Source of the DNA: Woeseiaceae bacterium
GTDB taxonomy: Bacteria > Pseudomonadota > Gammaproteobacteria > Steroidobacterales > Woeseiaceae
Length of the DNA stretch: 53,498 nt
Reading direction: 5' to 3'
Assembly: GCA_037386205.1 (NCBI GenBank)
Contig: JARRMH010000001.1
Coordinates: forward strand, 1-53,498
Shown here: positions 27,750 through 35,862 of the stretch, in pieces
Numbering within the stretch: position 1 is the stretch's first letter
How the letters are laid out: each line of letters begins with the position of its first letter
Notes under the pieces: model-generated
What the model saw: the letters and a program-made list of their open reading frames with translations, nothing else
The model's database searches: none
Told to the model about the DNA's origin: nothing
Position numbers and translations under genes: made by a program

Positions 27750-28859
27750 TCAGGTCCCGGCCGCTTTCCACGCGGCAATGACCTCGGCTTCCTTCTCTGC
27801 ACGCAGGCCCGCCCGCGGTTCGGCCCGTCGCTCGTCCGGCAGCGTATCCCACCAGGCCAGCAGGTCGCGCACGGTTTCGCGTTCGGGCCGGTGGCGCATA
27901 CCGGCAGCAAGGGCCCGCTCGGTACTCAGCCCGAACGATCTCGCCGTACCGCCCCAGATCGGAATCTGCGCGCCCGGGTTCAGGCCGTTGGCCACGAGGA
28001 AATCCTCGGCTACCCAGACGTCGTCGACTTCGGACGTCGTCACTGCCTCGCAGTCTTCCAGGAGCCGGCCCATCGTGTATATGCGCGGCGGGTTCACCAT
28101 GTTGTACGTGCCGGGAATGTCGCGGTCGAGGCAATCGACCGTGAAGTTGGCCAGGTCACGCACATCAACGATCTGGATCGGGTCCCCGGGTGAGCCGGGC
28201 CAGAGCATTTCCCCGCCCCTGCGCGTGCGAATGGGCCAGTAGGAGAAGCGATCGGTACGGTCGCCCGGCCCGGCAATGTAGGTCGGCCGCAATACGGTCA
28301 GCCGATCGCCCTCGACCTCGGCCGCCGCGCGTTTCTCGCACAGGGCCTTCAGGGGACCGTAGGTCTCCCCGCTGACCTCTTCGATCGACTCGTCGGCGAT
28401 TGTCGCGAGCGCTGAGTCTTCGTCATCGGCGGATGAAATATCGGCGTAGACGGCGACTGTGGAGATAAACAGGTAGCGGTCGCAATTCGGCGCCAGCAGC
28501 CGCGCCGAGTCCTGCACGTGGCGTGGCACGTATCCCGAGTTGTCTATCACCGCGTCCCAGCGGCGGCCCTTCAGACCGTCGAGACCCTTGTCACGATCGC
28601 CTTTGATCGTTTCGAGATCCGGGAATATCTCGTTGTTGGTGCGGCCGCGGTTGAACAGTGTGACGGAATGCCCGCGACGCAATGCCTCCCGGACCATGTG
28701 CGGTCCGATAAAGCCCGTGCCGCCGAGGATGAGAATTTCGAGATTTTGTTTCTGTTCACGACGGCAGTCGGCTTCTTGCGCTGCACTCACCGCAGGTAGC
28801 CCCGCGGCCGCCGCACCGATGAGGCCGGCCTTTATGAAGTCGCGTCGATTGCCTGCCAT
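27750..28859 (-). CDS. Tat-signal NAD-dependent epimerase/dehydratase (extended SDR)
   Basis: Twin-arginine motif NRRDFIKAGL..AAQ, then Rossmann GGTGFIG and the YxxxK context (YGPLKALCE). The start at 28859 lies 10 nt after the korB-like stop. Confidence 0.8.
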   Translation of the reverse strand: MAGNRRDFIKAGLIGAAAAGLPAVSAAQEADCRREQKQNLEILILGGTGFIGPHMVREALRRGHSVTLFNRGRTNNEIFPDLETIKGDRDKGLDGLKGRRWDAVIDNSGYVPRHVQDSARLLAPNCDRYLFISTVAVYADISSADDEDSALATIADESIEEVSGETYGPLKALCEKRAAAEVEGDRLTVLRPTYIAGPGDRTDRFSYWPIRTRRGGEMLWPGSPGDPIQIVDVRDLANFTVDCLDRDIPGTYNMVNPPRIYTMGRLLEDCEAVTTSEVDDVWVAEDFLVANGLNPGAQIPIWGGTARSFGLSTERALAAGMRHRPERETVRDLLAWWDTLPDERRAEPRAGLRAEKEAEVIAAWKAAGT

Positions 28860-28869
28860 CCTGTTCCCC

Positions 28870-29925
28870 TTAACGGTAAAGCCGCTGAATCTTGCGCAGC
28901 TCTTCACTGCCGGGCTGCAATCCTTCGTACGGTAACCGGGCAAGCGGCGTATCGACGTTGCCCATCAGTTCGTGCATTTCCGGACGCTCTTCATTGACGT
29001 AGAGCAGGCCCGTCGTGATCTCGCCGGCATTGAAGCGGTCACGCAGGTATTTAAAGGCGTCAGCCCGGCTCGTCGGGTCGTATTCCCGGTCGAGTTTGCG
29101 CAGGACGATCGTATCACTGCCACGCAACTTGATCGGCATCGACTCGCCCTCTTTGTACGACACCGAGATTTCCTCCGTCGGATGAATGTAGTCGATGTCG
29201 CTCACGTGGTTGTAGTGATCGCGTGTGTAGGAGTAACTCTTGGTCGAGCCTTCGTGATCATTGAACGTGACGCAGGGGCTAATGACATCGACGAGCGCGA
29301 AGCCGGAGTGGACGATCGCGCCCTTTATCAGCGGCACGAGCTGTTCCTTGTCACCGGAGAAACTGCGCGCGATGTAGGTCGCGCCGAGACTGAGCGCCGT
29401 ACTGACCGGGTCGATCGGCTCCTGCTGGTTCGGGAGGCCTTTCTTCGGCAGGCTGCCGATGTCGGCCGATGCCGAGAACTGCCCCTTGGTCAGGCCGTAA
29501 ACGCCGTTGTTCTCGATGAGATAGCACATGTTCAGGTTACGGCGGATCGCGTGCACAAACTGGCCGACCCCGATCGACAGGGAATCGCCGTCGCCGGAAA
29601 CGCCGATATAGGTCAGGTCCCGATTCGCCGTGTTGGCGCCGGTCGTTACCGATGGCATCCGGCCGTGAACCGAGTTGAAACCGTGCGCCTGGCTGGCGAA
29701 ATAGGCGGGAGTTTTCGACGAACAGCCGATCCCGGACATCTTGGCCAGCATATGCGGTTCGATATCGAGTTCGAACACGGCCTGGATCAGCGCCGCCGTC
29801 ACGGAATCATGGCCGCAACCCGCACACAGCGTTGAAATTGCCCCTTCATAATCCCGAGTCGTGAGCCCAAGCTCGTTCCGCGGCAGGCTCGGGTGGGCGA
29901 CCTTCGGCTTGGCGATATAGGTCAT
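28870..29925 (-). CDS. korB: 2-oxoacid:ferredoxin/acceptor oxidoreductase beta subunit (TPP-binding)
   Basis: CAGCGH motif and the GDGD TPP loop (VSGDGDSLSIG..NNGVYGLTKGQ). Confidence 0.9.
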   Translation of the reverse strand: MTYIAKPKVAHPSLPRNELGLTTRDYEGAISTLCAGCGHDSVTAALIQAVFELDIEPHMLAKMSGIGCSSKTPAYFASQAHGFNSVHGRMPSVTTGANTANRDLTYIGVSGDGDSLSIGVGQFVHAIRRNLNMCYLIENNGVYGLTKGQFSASADIGSLPKKGLPNQQEPIDPVSTALSLGATYIARSFSGDKEQLVPLIKGAIVHSGFALVDVISPCVTFNDHEGSTKSYSYTRDHYNHVSDIDYIHPTEEISVSYKEGESMPIKLRGSDTIVLRKLDREYDPTSRADAFKYLRDRFNAGEITTGLLYVNEERPEMHELMGNVDTPLARLPYEGLQPGSEELRKIQRLYR

Positions 29926-31724
29926 GCTGCTTGCCCCTTCTCTATTTGAGCGAGTACGCCGGCGACCACGGATCCCGCATTGAGCGGCATGCCACTGTAG
30001 TGCAGCACCGAGACGAGCTTCTCCTGGCTCGCGTCGATGTCTTCTATCAACAGCGTCCGCAATTGCGCATCACGATTCTGCTCCACCACATACACGACCT
30101 CGTGCTGGTCGATGAACTCGCGGACCGCTTCAGAGAACGGAAACGCCCTGACGCGACAGTAGTTGAGGTTGACGTTTTTGGCTTCCAGCCGGTCGAGCGC
30201 CTCCTTGCAGGCGCCGTCGCCACTGCCGAGAGTGAGAATGGCCGCGCTGTTGAATCGCGAATAACGAATCTCTGGCTCGGGCACGAGCGTGCGGGCCGTT
30301 TCCCATTTCACCAGCAGACGATCGAGAACATCCTGGTACTCCGCCGAGTCCTCGGTGTAGGCGCCGTATTTGGTGTGGCCGGATCCCCGCGTGAAGTATG
30401 CGCCCTTCGGGTGCACGCCGGGCAGGGTCCGGTAGGGAATGCCGTCACCGTCGACGTCGAGGTAGCGATAGAAATTTTCCATTTCCTCGAGGTCCCCGGC
30501 GGTGTAAACCTTGCCGCGATCCGGCACGTAATCGTCATCCCACTCGAGTTCGGGGATCATCCAGTCGTTCATGCCGATGTCGAGGTCCGTGAGCACCATG
30601 ACCGGTGTCTGCAGGCGCTCAGCGAGATCGAACGCCTGCGGCGACATGTGGAAGCACTCGGCCGGATCGGCGGGGAACAGCAACACGTGACGCGTGTCGC
30701 CGTGCGACGCGTACGCACAGGCCAGCAGATCGCATTGCTGCGTCCGTGTCGGCATGCCGGTCGAGGGGCCGACACGTTGCACATTGAAGATCACGGCCGG
30801 AATCTCGGCGTAGTAGCCGAAGCCAATGAACTCGCTCATGAGCGAGATGCCCGGGCCGCTTGTCGGAGTGAACGAACGCGCCCCCATCCAGTTCGCACCG
30901 AGCACCATCCCGATCGCCGCAAGTTCGTCTTCCGCCTGGATGATCGCGTACGTGCGCTTGTCTGTCTCGGGATCGACCCGGTAGCGCGAGCAAAAACTGC
31001 GAAACGCGTCCATCAGTGACGTCGAGGGCGTAATCGGATACCAGGCACCGATCGTCGCGCCCGCATACAGGCAGCCGAGCGCGGCGGCCGTGTTGCCGTC
31101 GATAACGATATGCCCGTCGGTCTTGTCCATTCTCTCGACGTGCATCGGCAGCGGGCAGGGAAACCGGTCCATCACGTAGTCGTAGCCCAGGTGGATGGCT
31201 TCCAGGTTGGAGGCGATCAGGTTCTTCTTGTCGGCGACCGTTTCTTCGAGCAACTCCTTGATGACCTCAAGATCGACAGACAACAGCGCGGCGATCGCCC
31301 CGACGTAAGCGATGTTCTTCATCAGGATGCGGGCACGGGCGCCGTCGAAATGCTCGTTGCACATTTTCGAGAGCGGTATGCCGATGATCGTTATGTCGTC
31401 GCGGTTCAGCACGCTGCTGCGCGGCCAGGTCGAATCGTAGATCAGGCAGCCTCCGGGCTCGACGATTTCGAGGTCCCTGGCGTAGGTCTGCGCATTCATG
31501 GCCACCATGATGTCGGTCCGGTCGGACCGACAACAGTAGCCATCTCCGGTCACGCGGATCTCGTACCAGGTGGGCAGACCCTGGATATTCGACGGGAAGT
31601 AGTTCTTGCCGACCACCGGCACGCCCATGCGAAAGATCGCCTTGCGCAAGAGACCGTTGGCGCTCGCCGAACCGGTGCCGTTCACCGTGGCGATCTTGAT
31701 TACAACGTCGTTGATGGCAGCCAC
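29922..31724 (-). CDS. korA: 2-oxoacid:acceptor oxidoreductase alpha subunit
   Basis: 600 aa with fused gamma-like and alpha domains (GSASANGLL.., YPITPST). ATGA-type overlap with the beta subunit. Confidence 0.9.
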   Translation of the reverse strand: MAAINDVVIKIATVNGTGSASANGLLRKAIFRMGVPVVGKNYFPSNIQGLPTWYEIRVTGDGYCCRSDRTDIMVAMNAQTYARDLEIVEPGGCLIYDSTWPRSSVLNRDDITIIGIPLSKMCNEHFDGARARILMKNIAYVGAIAALLSVDLEVIKELLEETVADKKNLIASNLEAIHLGYDYVMDRFPCPLPMHVERMDKTDGHIVIDGNTAAALGCLYAGATIGAWYPITPSTSLMDAFRSFCSRYRVDPETDKRTYAIIQAEDELAAIGMVLGANWMGARSFTPTSGPGISLMSEFIGFGYYAEIPAVIFNVQRVGPSTGMPTRTQQCDLLACAYASHGDTRHVLLFPADPAECFHMSPQAFDLAERLQTPVMVLTDLDIGMNDWMIPELEWDDDYVPDRGKVYTAGDLEEMENFYRYLDVDGDGIPYRTLPGVHPKGAYFTRGSGHTKYGAYTEDSAEYQDVLDRLLVKWETARTLVPEPEIRYSRFNSAAILTLGSGDGACKEALDRLEAKNVNLNYCRVRAFPFSEAVREFIDQHEVVYVVEQNRDAQLRTLLIEDIDASQEKLVSVLHYSGMPLNAGSVVAGVLAQIEKGQAA

Positions 31725-31733
31725 GCTTCAGTC

Positions 31734-33551
31734 CTATTTGCCGGCCCCGCCAGCCGCGGGCCGTGACTCTTCGGTCGCCGCCTCGTCGACGGCGTACGGG
31801 ATCAGAAGTTCCGACTTCTGCATGTCCCACGCGCCGGTGGGGCAGCGCTCCGCGCACAGTCCACAGTGCACGCACAGGTCCTCGTCCTTGACCATGACGC
31901 GGCCGGTCTGTGGCAGGTCCTCGGAAACGAACAGGGCCTGCTCGAGATTTTCAGCGGGCGCCCGCAGGCGGGTCCGCAGGTCGTCCTCGTCACCGTTCCT
32001 GGTGATGGTCAGACAACTGACGGGACAGATGTCGAGACAGGCATCGCATTCGATGCACAATTTCGCCGTAAAGACCGTCTGGATGTCGCAGTTCAGGCAC
32101 CGCTCGACCTCGTTTGCGGCTTGCTCGGCCGTGAACCCGAGTTCGACCTCGATATCGAGCTTCTTGAAGCGTTCCTTGAGATCCACGTGCGGCATCAGGC
32201 GGCGGGACATGCCGTCATAATCGTTCGAGTAACTCCATTCGTGCATGCCCATTTTCTGGCTGATGAGATTCATGCCATACGGCAAACGCTCGTGCAGATC
32301 CTCGCCCTGGCAGTACTTGTGCAGAGAAATAGCCGCCTGGTGCCCGTGTTCGACTGCCCAGATGATGTTCTTCGGCCCGAAAGCGGAGTCCCCGCCGAAG
32401 AAAATGCCCGCGCGCGAACACATCATCGTCTCCTCGTCCACGACCGGGCAATCCCACTCGTTGAACTCGATGCCGAGATCGCGCTCGATCCAGGGGAAGG
32501 CGTTGTCCTGGCCGATCGCGAGGACGACGTCGTCGCACGGACTGTGGATCTCGGCGACCGCCTTACCACGATCGATGCGCCCGTCCTCGTCGACGTTGTA
32601 TTCCATGATGTCGAACGTCATGCCAACGAGCTTGCCGTTGTCGTAGACGAACTCTTTTGGCGAGTGATTGACGATGATCTCGACGTTTTCCTCCTCGGCA
32701 TCCTCGAGTTCCCACGCGGACGCCTTGAAGAAGCCACGGGGCTTGCGCGCCATGACCTTGACGTCTTTCGCGCCGAGGCGCAGCGACGTCCGGCAGCAAT
32801 CCATGGCCGTGTTGCCGACGCCGATGATCAGCACCCGCTCGCCGATCGAGTCGACATGCCCGAAAGCCACGGATTCCAGCCACTCGATTCCGATATGGAT
32901 GCGATCGGAATCGTAGCGCCCCGGGATTTCGAGATTCTTGCCCTTGGGCGCGCCGGTGCCGACGAAGATCGCGTCATAACCCTCGTCGAGCAGGTCTTTC
33001 ATGCTCTCGATGGGGTGATTCAGTCGCAGGTCGACTCCCATGTCGAGGATGTAGCCGATCTCCTCGTCGAGCACGTCCGGCGGCAGGCGGAACTGCGGGA
33101 TGTTCGTGCGCATCAGGCCGCCGGTCGTATCCAGCGCCTCGAAGACAGTCACCTCGTAGCCGAGTGGCCTGAGATCGTTCGCCACCGTCAGCGAAGCACA
33201 GCCGGCACCGATCAGCGCGATCTTTTTGCCGTTGTCCGCGGCAGGTGCCTGCGGCAGCCGGTCCGTAATGTCGTCGCGATTGTCTGCGGCAACCCGCTTG
33301 AGACGGCAAATGGCGACCGGTTCGTCCTCGACCCGCCGGCGGCGACACGCGGGTTCGCAGGGCCGGTCGCAAACGCGGCCCAGGATGCCCGGGAAAACGT
33401 TCGACTTGCGATTCTCCATGTAGGCGTCGCTGAATCGCCCCTGGGCGATCAGGCGAATGTACTCGGGCACGTCCGTGTGCGCCGGACAACCGTACTGGCA
33501 GTCGACGACCTTGTGGAAGTACTCGGGATTGGACGTATCGGTCGGCTTCAT
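31734..33551 (-). CDS. GltD-like NAD(P)H flavoprotein fused to a 2x[4Fe-4S] ferredoxin domain
   Basis: Glutamate-synthase small-subunit-like N-terminus (CxxxC..CEPAC, GAGCASL dinucleotide fold). C-terminal CIECDACLDICP and CVHCGLCAERCP motifs. The start is moved to ATG 33551 (MKPTDTSNPEYF). Confidence 0.85.
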   Translation of the reverse strand: MKPTDTSNPEYFHKVVDCQYGCPAHTDVPEYIRLIAQGRFSDAYMENRKSNVFPGILGRVCDRPCEPACRRRRVEDEPVAICRLKRVAADNRDDITDRLPQAPAADNGKKIALIGAGCASLTVANDLRPLGYEVTVFEALDTTGGLMRTNIPQFRLPPDVLDEEIGYILDMGVDLRLNHPIESMKDLLDEGYDAIFVGTGAPKGKNLEIPGRYDSDRIHIGIEWLESVAFGHVDSIGERVLIIGVGNTAMDCCRTSLRLGAKDVKVMARKPRGFFKASAWELEDAEEENVEIIVNHSPKEFVYDNGKLVGMTFDIMEYNVDEDGRIDRGKAVAEIHSPCDDVVLAIGQDNAFPWIERDLGIEFNEWDCPVVDEETMMCSRAGIFFGGDSAFGPKNIIWAVEHGHQAAISLHKYCQGEDLHERLPYGMNLISQKMGMHEWSYSNDYDGMSRRLMPHVDLKERFKKLDIEVELGFTAEQAANEVERCLNCDIQTVFTAKLCIECDACLDICPVSCLTITRNGDEDDLRTRLRAPAENLEQALFVSEDLPQTGRVMVKDEDLCVHCGLCAERCPTGAWDMQKSELLIPYAVDEAATEESRPAAGGAGK

Positions 33552-33659
33552 CGAATTCGCGCTGACATGACCCTCTAGGGGGGCAAGTAAACAACAGCGG
33601 GACGCCAATGAAAAGAGCGCCCATTGATTAGCATTGTCGGCGTGTGCGATAAGGGCCCC

Positions 33660-35177
33660 ATGCAGAGCACAGATTACCCCGACCTGATCCGCGCGGCACG
33701 GGTCTACGACGTTGCGGAGCGAACGCCGCTCGAGCCCGCAGTCAGCCTGTCGCGCCGGCTGGGGAATCGCGTGCTGATGAAGCGCGAGGACCTGCAACCC
33801 GTGTTCTCATTCAAGCTGCGCGGCGCCTATAACAAGATTGCCCATCTCGCGGACGAAGAAATCGGCAACGGCGTGATCTGCTCGTCGGCAGGCAACCATG
33901 CGCAGGGGGTCGCCCTCGCCGCCCGCCGGCGCGGTGTTCGCGCGGTCGTCGTCATGCCGATCACAACGCCGTCGATCAAGACCGGGGCCGTCGCGGCCCT
34001 CGGGGGGCAGGTCGTGCTGCACGGCGACACATACGATGACGCGTACGCCCACGCGCGCGAACTGGCGGAGCAGGAAGGCCTGGTGTTCATCCACCCGTTC
34101 GACGATCCGCTGGTCATCGCCGGGCAGGGTACGATCGGCAGGGAAATCGTTGAACAGGCCGACGCAAAAATCGATGTGCTGTTCATCCCGATCGGCGGCG
34201 GTGGCCTGATCGCGGGCATCGCTTCGTGGGTGCGGCACGTGCAGCCCGACGCCCGCATCGTCGGCGTGGAGCCCGCGGATTCCGATGCAATGCGCCAGTC
34301 GCTTGCCGCCGGCCACCCCGTAACGCTGCCCCATGTGGGAATCTTTGCCGATGGCGTCGCCGTCCGGCGCGTCGGTGACGAAACCTTCCGGTTGTGCCGC
34401 GAGCTTGTGGACGACGTCATCACGGTGGACACCGACCAGGTCTGCGCCGCGATTCGTGACATCTTCGAGGACACGCGCTCGATCGTGGAGCCCGCCGGCG
34501 GGCTTTCTGTGGCCGGCATGAAGAGATACGTCGCCGAGCACGGCCTCGAGGACAAGACGCTTGTGACGATCAGCTGCGGGGCGAACGTCAACTTCGATCG
34601 CCTGCGCCACATCGCCGAGCGGGCGGCCGTCGGCGAACAGGCGGAAATGCTGCTCGCCGCGGAAATACCCGAGCAACCGGGCAGCTTCCGCCGGTTCTGC
34701 GAAGCCATCGGCCGACGCAGCATCACGGAGTTCAACTATCGTTATGCCGACGATGCCCGGGCCCACATTTTCGTCGGCATACAGCTGACACGGGGGATGG
34801 CAGAACGCCGGGAACTGCTCGAGAAGCTGCGCAGCCGCGATTTTCCCGTGGAAGACCTGTCGGATAACGAGATGGCAAAGCTGCACGTGCGCCACATGGT
34901 CGGCGGACGCGCCGCGGGCGTCAAAAATGAACGCCTGTTTCGCTTCGAGTTTCCCGAGCGCCCGGGCGCCCTGCTCGATTTCCTCAATGCGATCGGCACG
35001 GACTGGAATATCAGCCTGTTTCATTATCGCAATCACGGCTCCGACTATGGACGCATCCTCGCGGGTATCGATGTCCCGCCCGGGGAAATCGACGAACTGG
35101 AGGCCCACCTGGCGCAACTCGGCTATCCGCACTGGGAAGAAAGCAACAATCCCGCCTATTCCCTGTTTCTCGGGTGA
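33660..35177 (+). CDS. ilvA: biosynthetic threonine ammonia-lyase
   Basis: Collinear with E. coli IlvA (FSFKLRGAYNK, SAGNHAQG, GGGGL) plus two C-terminal regulatory repeats. Confidence 0.95.
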   Translation: MQSTDYPDLIRAARVYDVAERTPLEPAVSLSRRLGNRVLMKREDLQPVFSFKLRGAYNKIAHLADEEIGNGVICSSAGNHAQGVALAARRRGVRAVVVMPITTPSIKTGAVAALGGQVVLHGDTYDDAYAHARELAEQEGLVFIHPFDDPLVIAGQGTIGREIVEQADAKIDVLFIPIGGGGLIAGIASWVRHVQPDARIVGVEPADSDAMRQSLAAGHPVTLPHVGIFADGVAVRRVGDETFRLCRELVDDVITVDTDQVCAAIRDIFEDTRSIVEPAGGLSVAGMKRYVAEHGLEDKTLVTISCGANVNFDRLRHIAERAAVGEQAEMLLAAEIPEQPGSFRRFCEAIGRRSITEFNYRYADDARAHIFVGIQLTRGMAERRELLEKLRSRDFPVEDLSDNEMAKLHVRHMVGGRAAGVKNERLFRFEFPERPGALLDFLNAIGTDWNISLFHYRNHGSDYGRILAGIDVPPGEIDELEAHLAQLGYPHWEESNNPAYSLFLG

Positions 35178-35256
35178 CCTGGTGTACGGGGCTGCAACCC
35201 TTTTTCCGTTTCGCGCATCTCAATGATGTAAGCGACTTTTTTGCCAGGGGATTTTA

Positions 35257-35799
35257 GTGAACTTGAGACCGATTACCTTATTTTTCTGGGGCTTCCTCAT
35301 CGCTTCGGCGGCGGTGGCGTCTGAAAGACACGAAACGCACATCAAGGTCGTGTCCGACGAGAACGGCGAAGTGTTCGAGTGGCAGAGTTCCGACCCGGAC
35401 GCGGACTTCTCGGACCTCGAGGTTGGCGAAAGCAGGACCGTGACCGGCGATGACGGCAAGGAAGTCACGGTGACGCGCACCGAGGACGGTATCGAATTCG
35501 ACGTCGACGGCAGGAAGATCGACCTCATGGCCTTCGACGGCGACCATGACATCACGATCGATATCGAGAAGTCCGAAAACGTCAGAATCATCAAGACCGA
35601 TGACCCGGCCGATGTAACGATCATTTCTTCGGACGAGATCGACGATGAAACGCGCGCCAGGATCGAAGCGGTCCTGAAAGATGCCGGCAAGGACGGCGAA
35701 ATTCTGTTTCTCGATGGCAATGAACTCGGCGCAGATGCGCAGGCTCACGGCGAGCACGAAGTCCGCATAATCAGGAAGGAACTCGAAGAGACGAACTGA
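35257..35799 (+). CDS. secreted highly acidic hypothetical protein
   Basis: GTG start with an AGGGGA SD and signal peptide MNLRPITLFFWGFLIASAAVASE. The mature part is D/E-rich. A terminator follows. Confidence 0.6.
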   Translation: MNLRPITLFFWGFLIASAAVASERHETHIKVVSDENGEVFEWQSSDPDADFSDLEVGESRTVTGDDGKEVTVTRTEDGIEFDVDGRKIDLMAFDGDHDITIDIEKSENVRIIKTDDPADVTIISSDEIDDETRARIEAVLKDAGKDGEILFLDGNELGADAQAHGEHEVRIIRKELEETN

Positions 35800-35833
35800 C
35801 ACATCCCTTATGCTGTTTGTTTCGTAGCGACTC

Positions 35834-35862
35834 GCGGTGGCCCCTGGCCGCCGCTTTTCTTT
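35834..35862 (+). terminator. intrinsic terminator between convergent genes
   Basis: 9-bp stem GCGGTGGCC/GGCCGCCGC (one G-U pair) with loop CCT, followed by TTTTCTTT. Confidence 0.55.
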
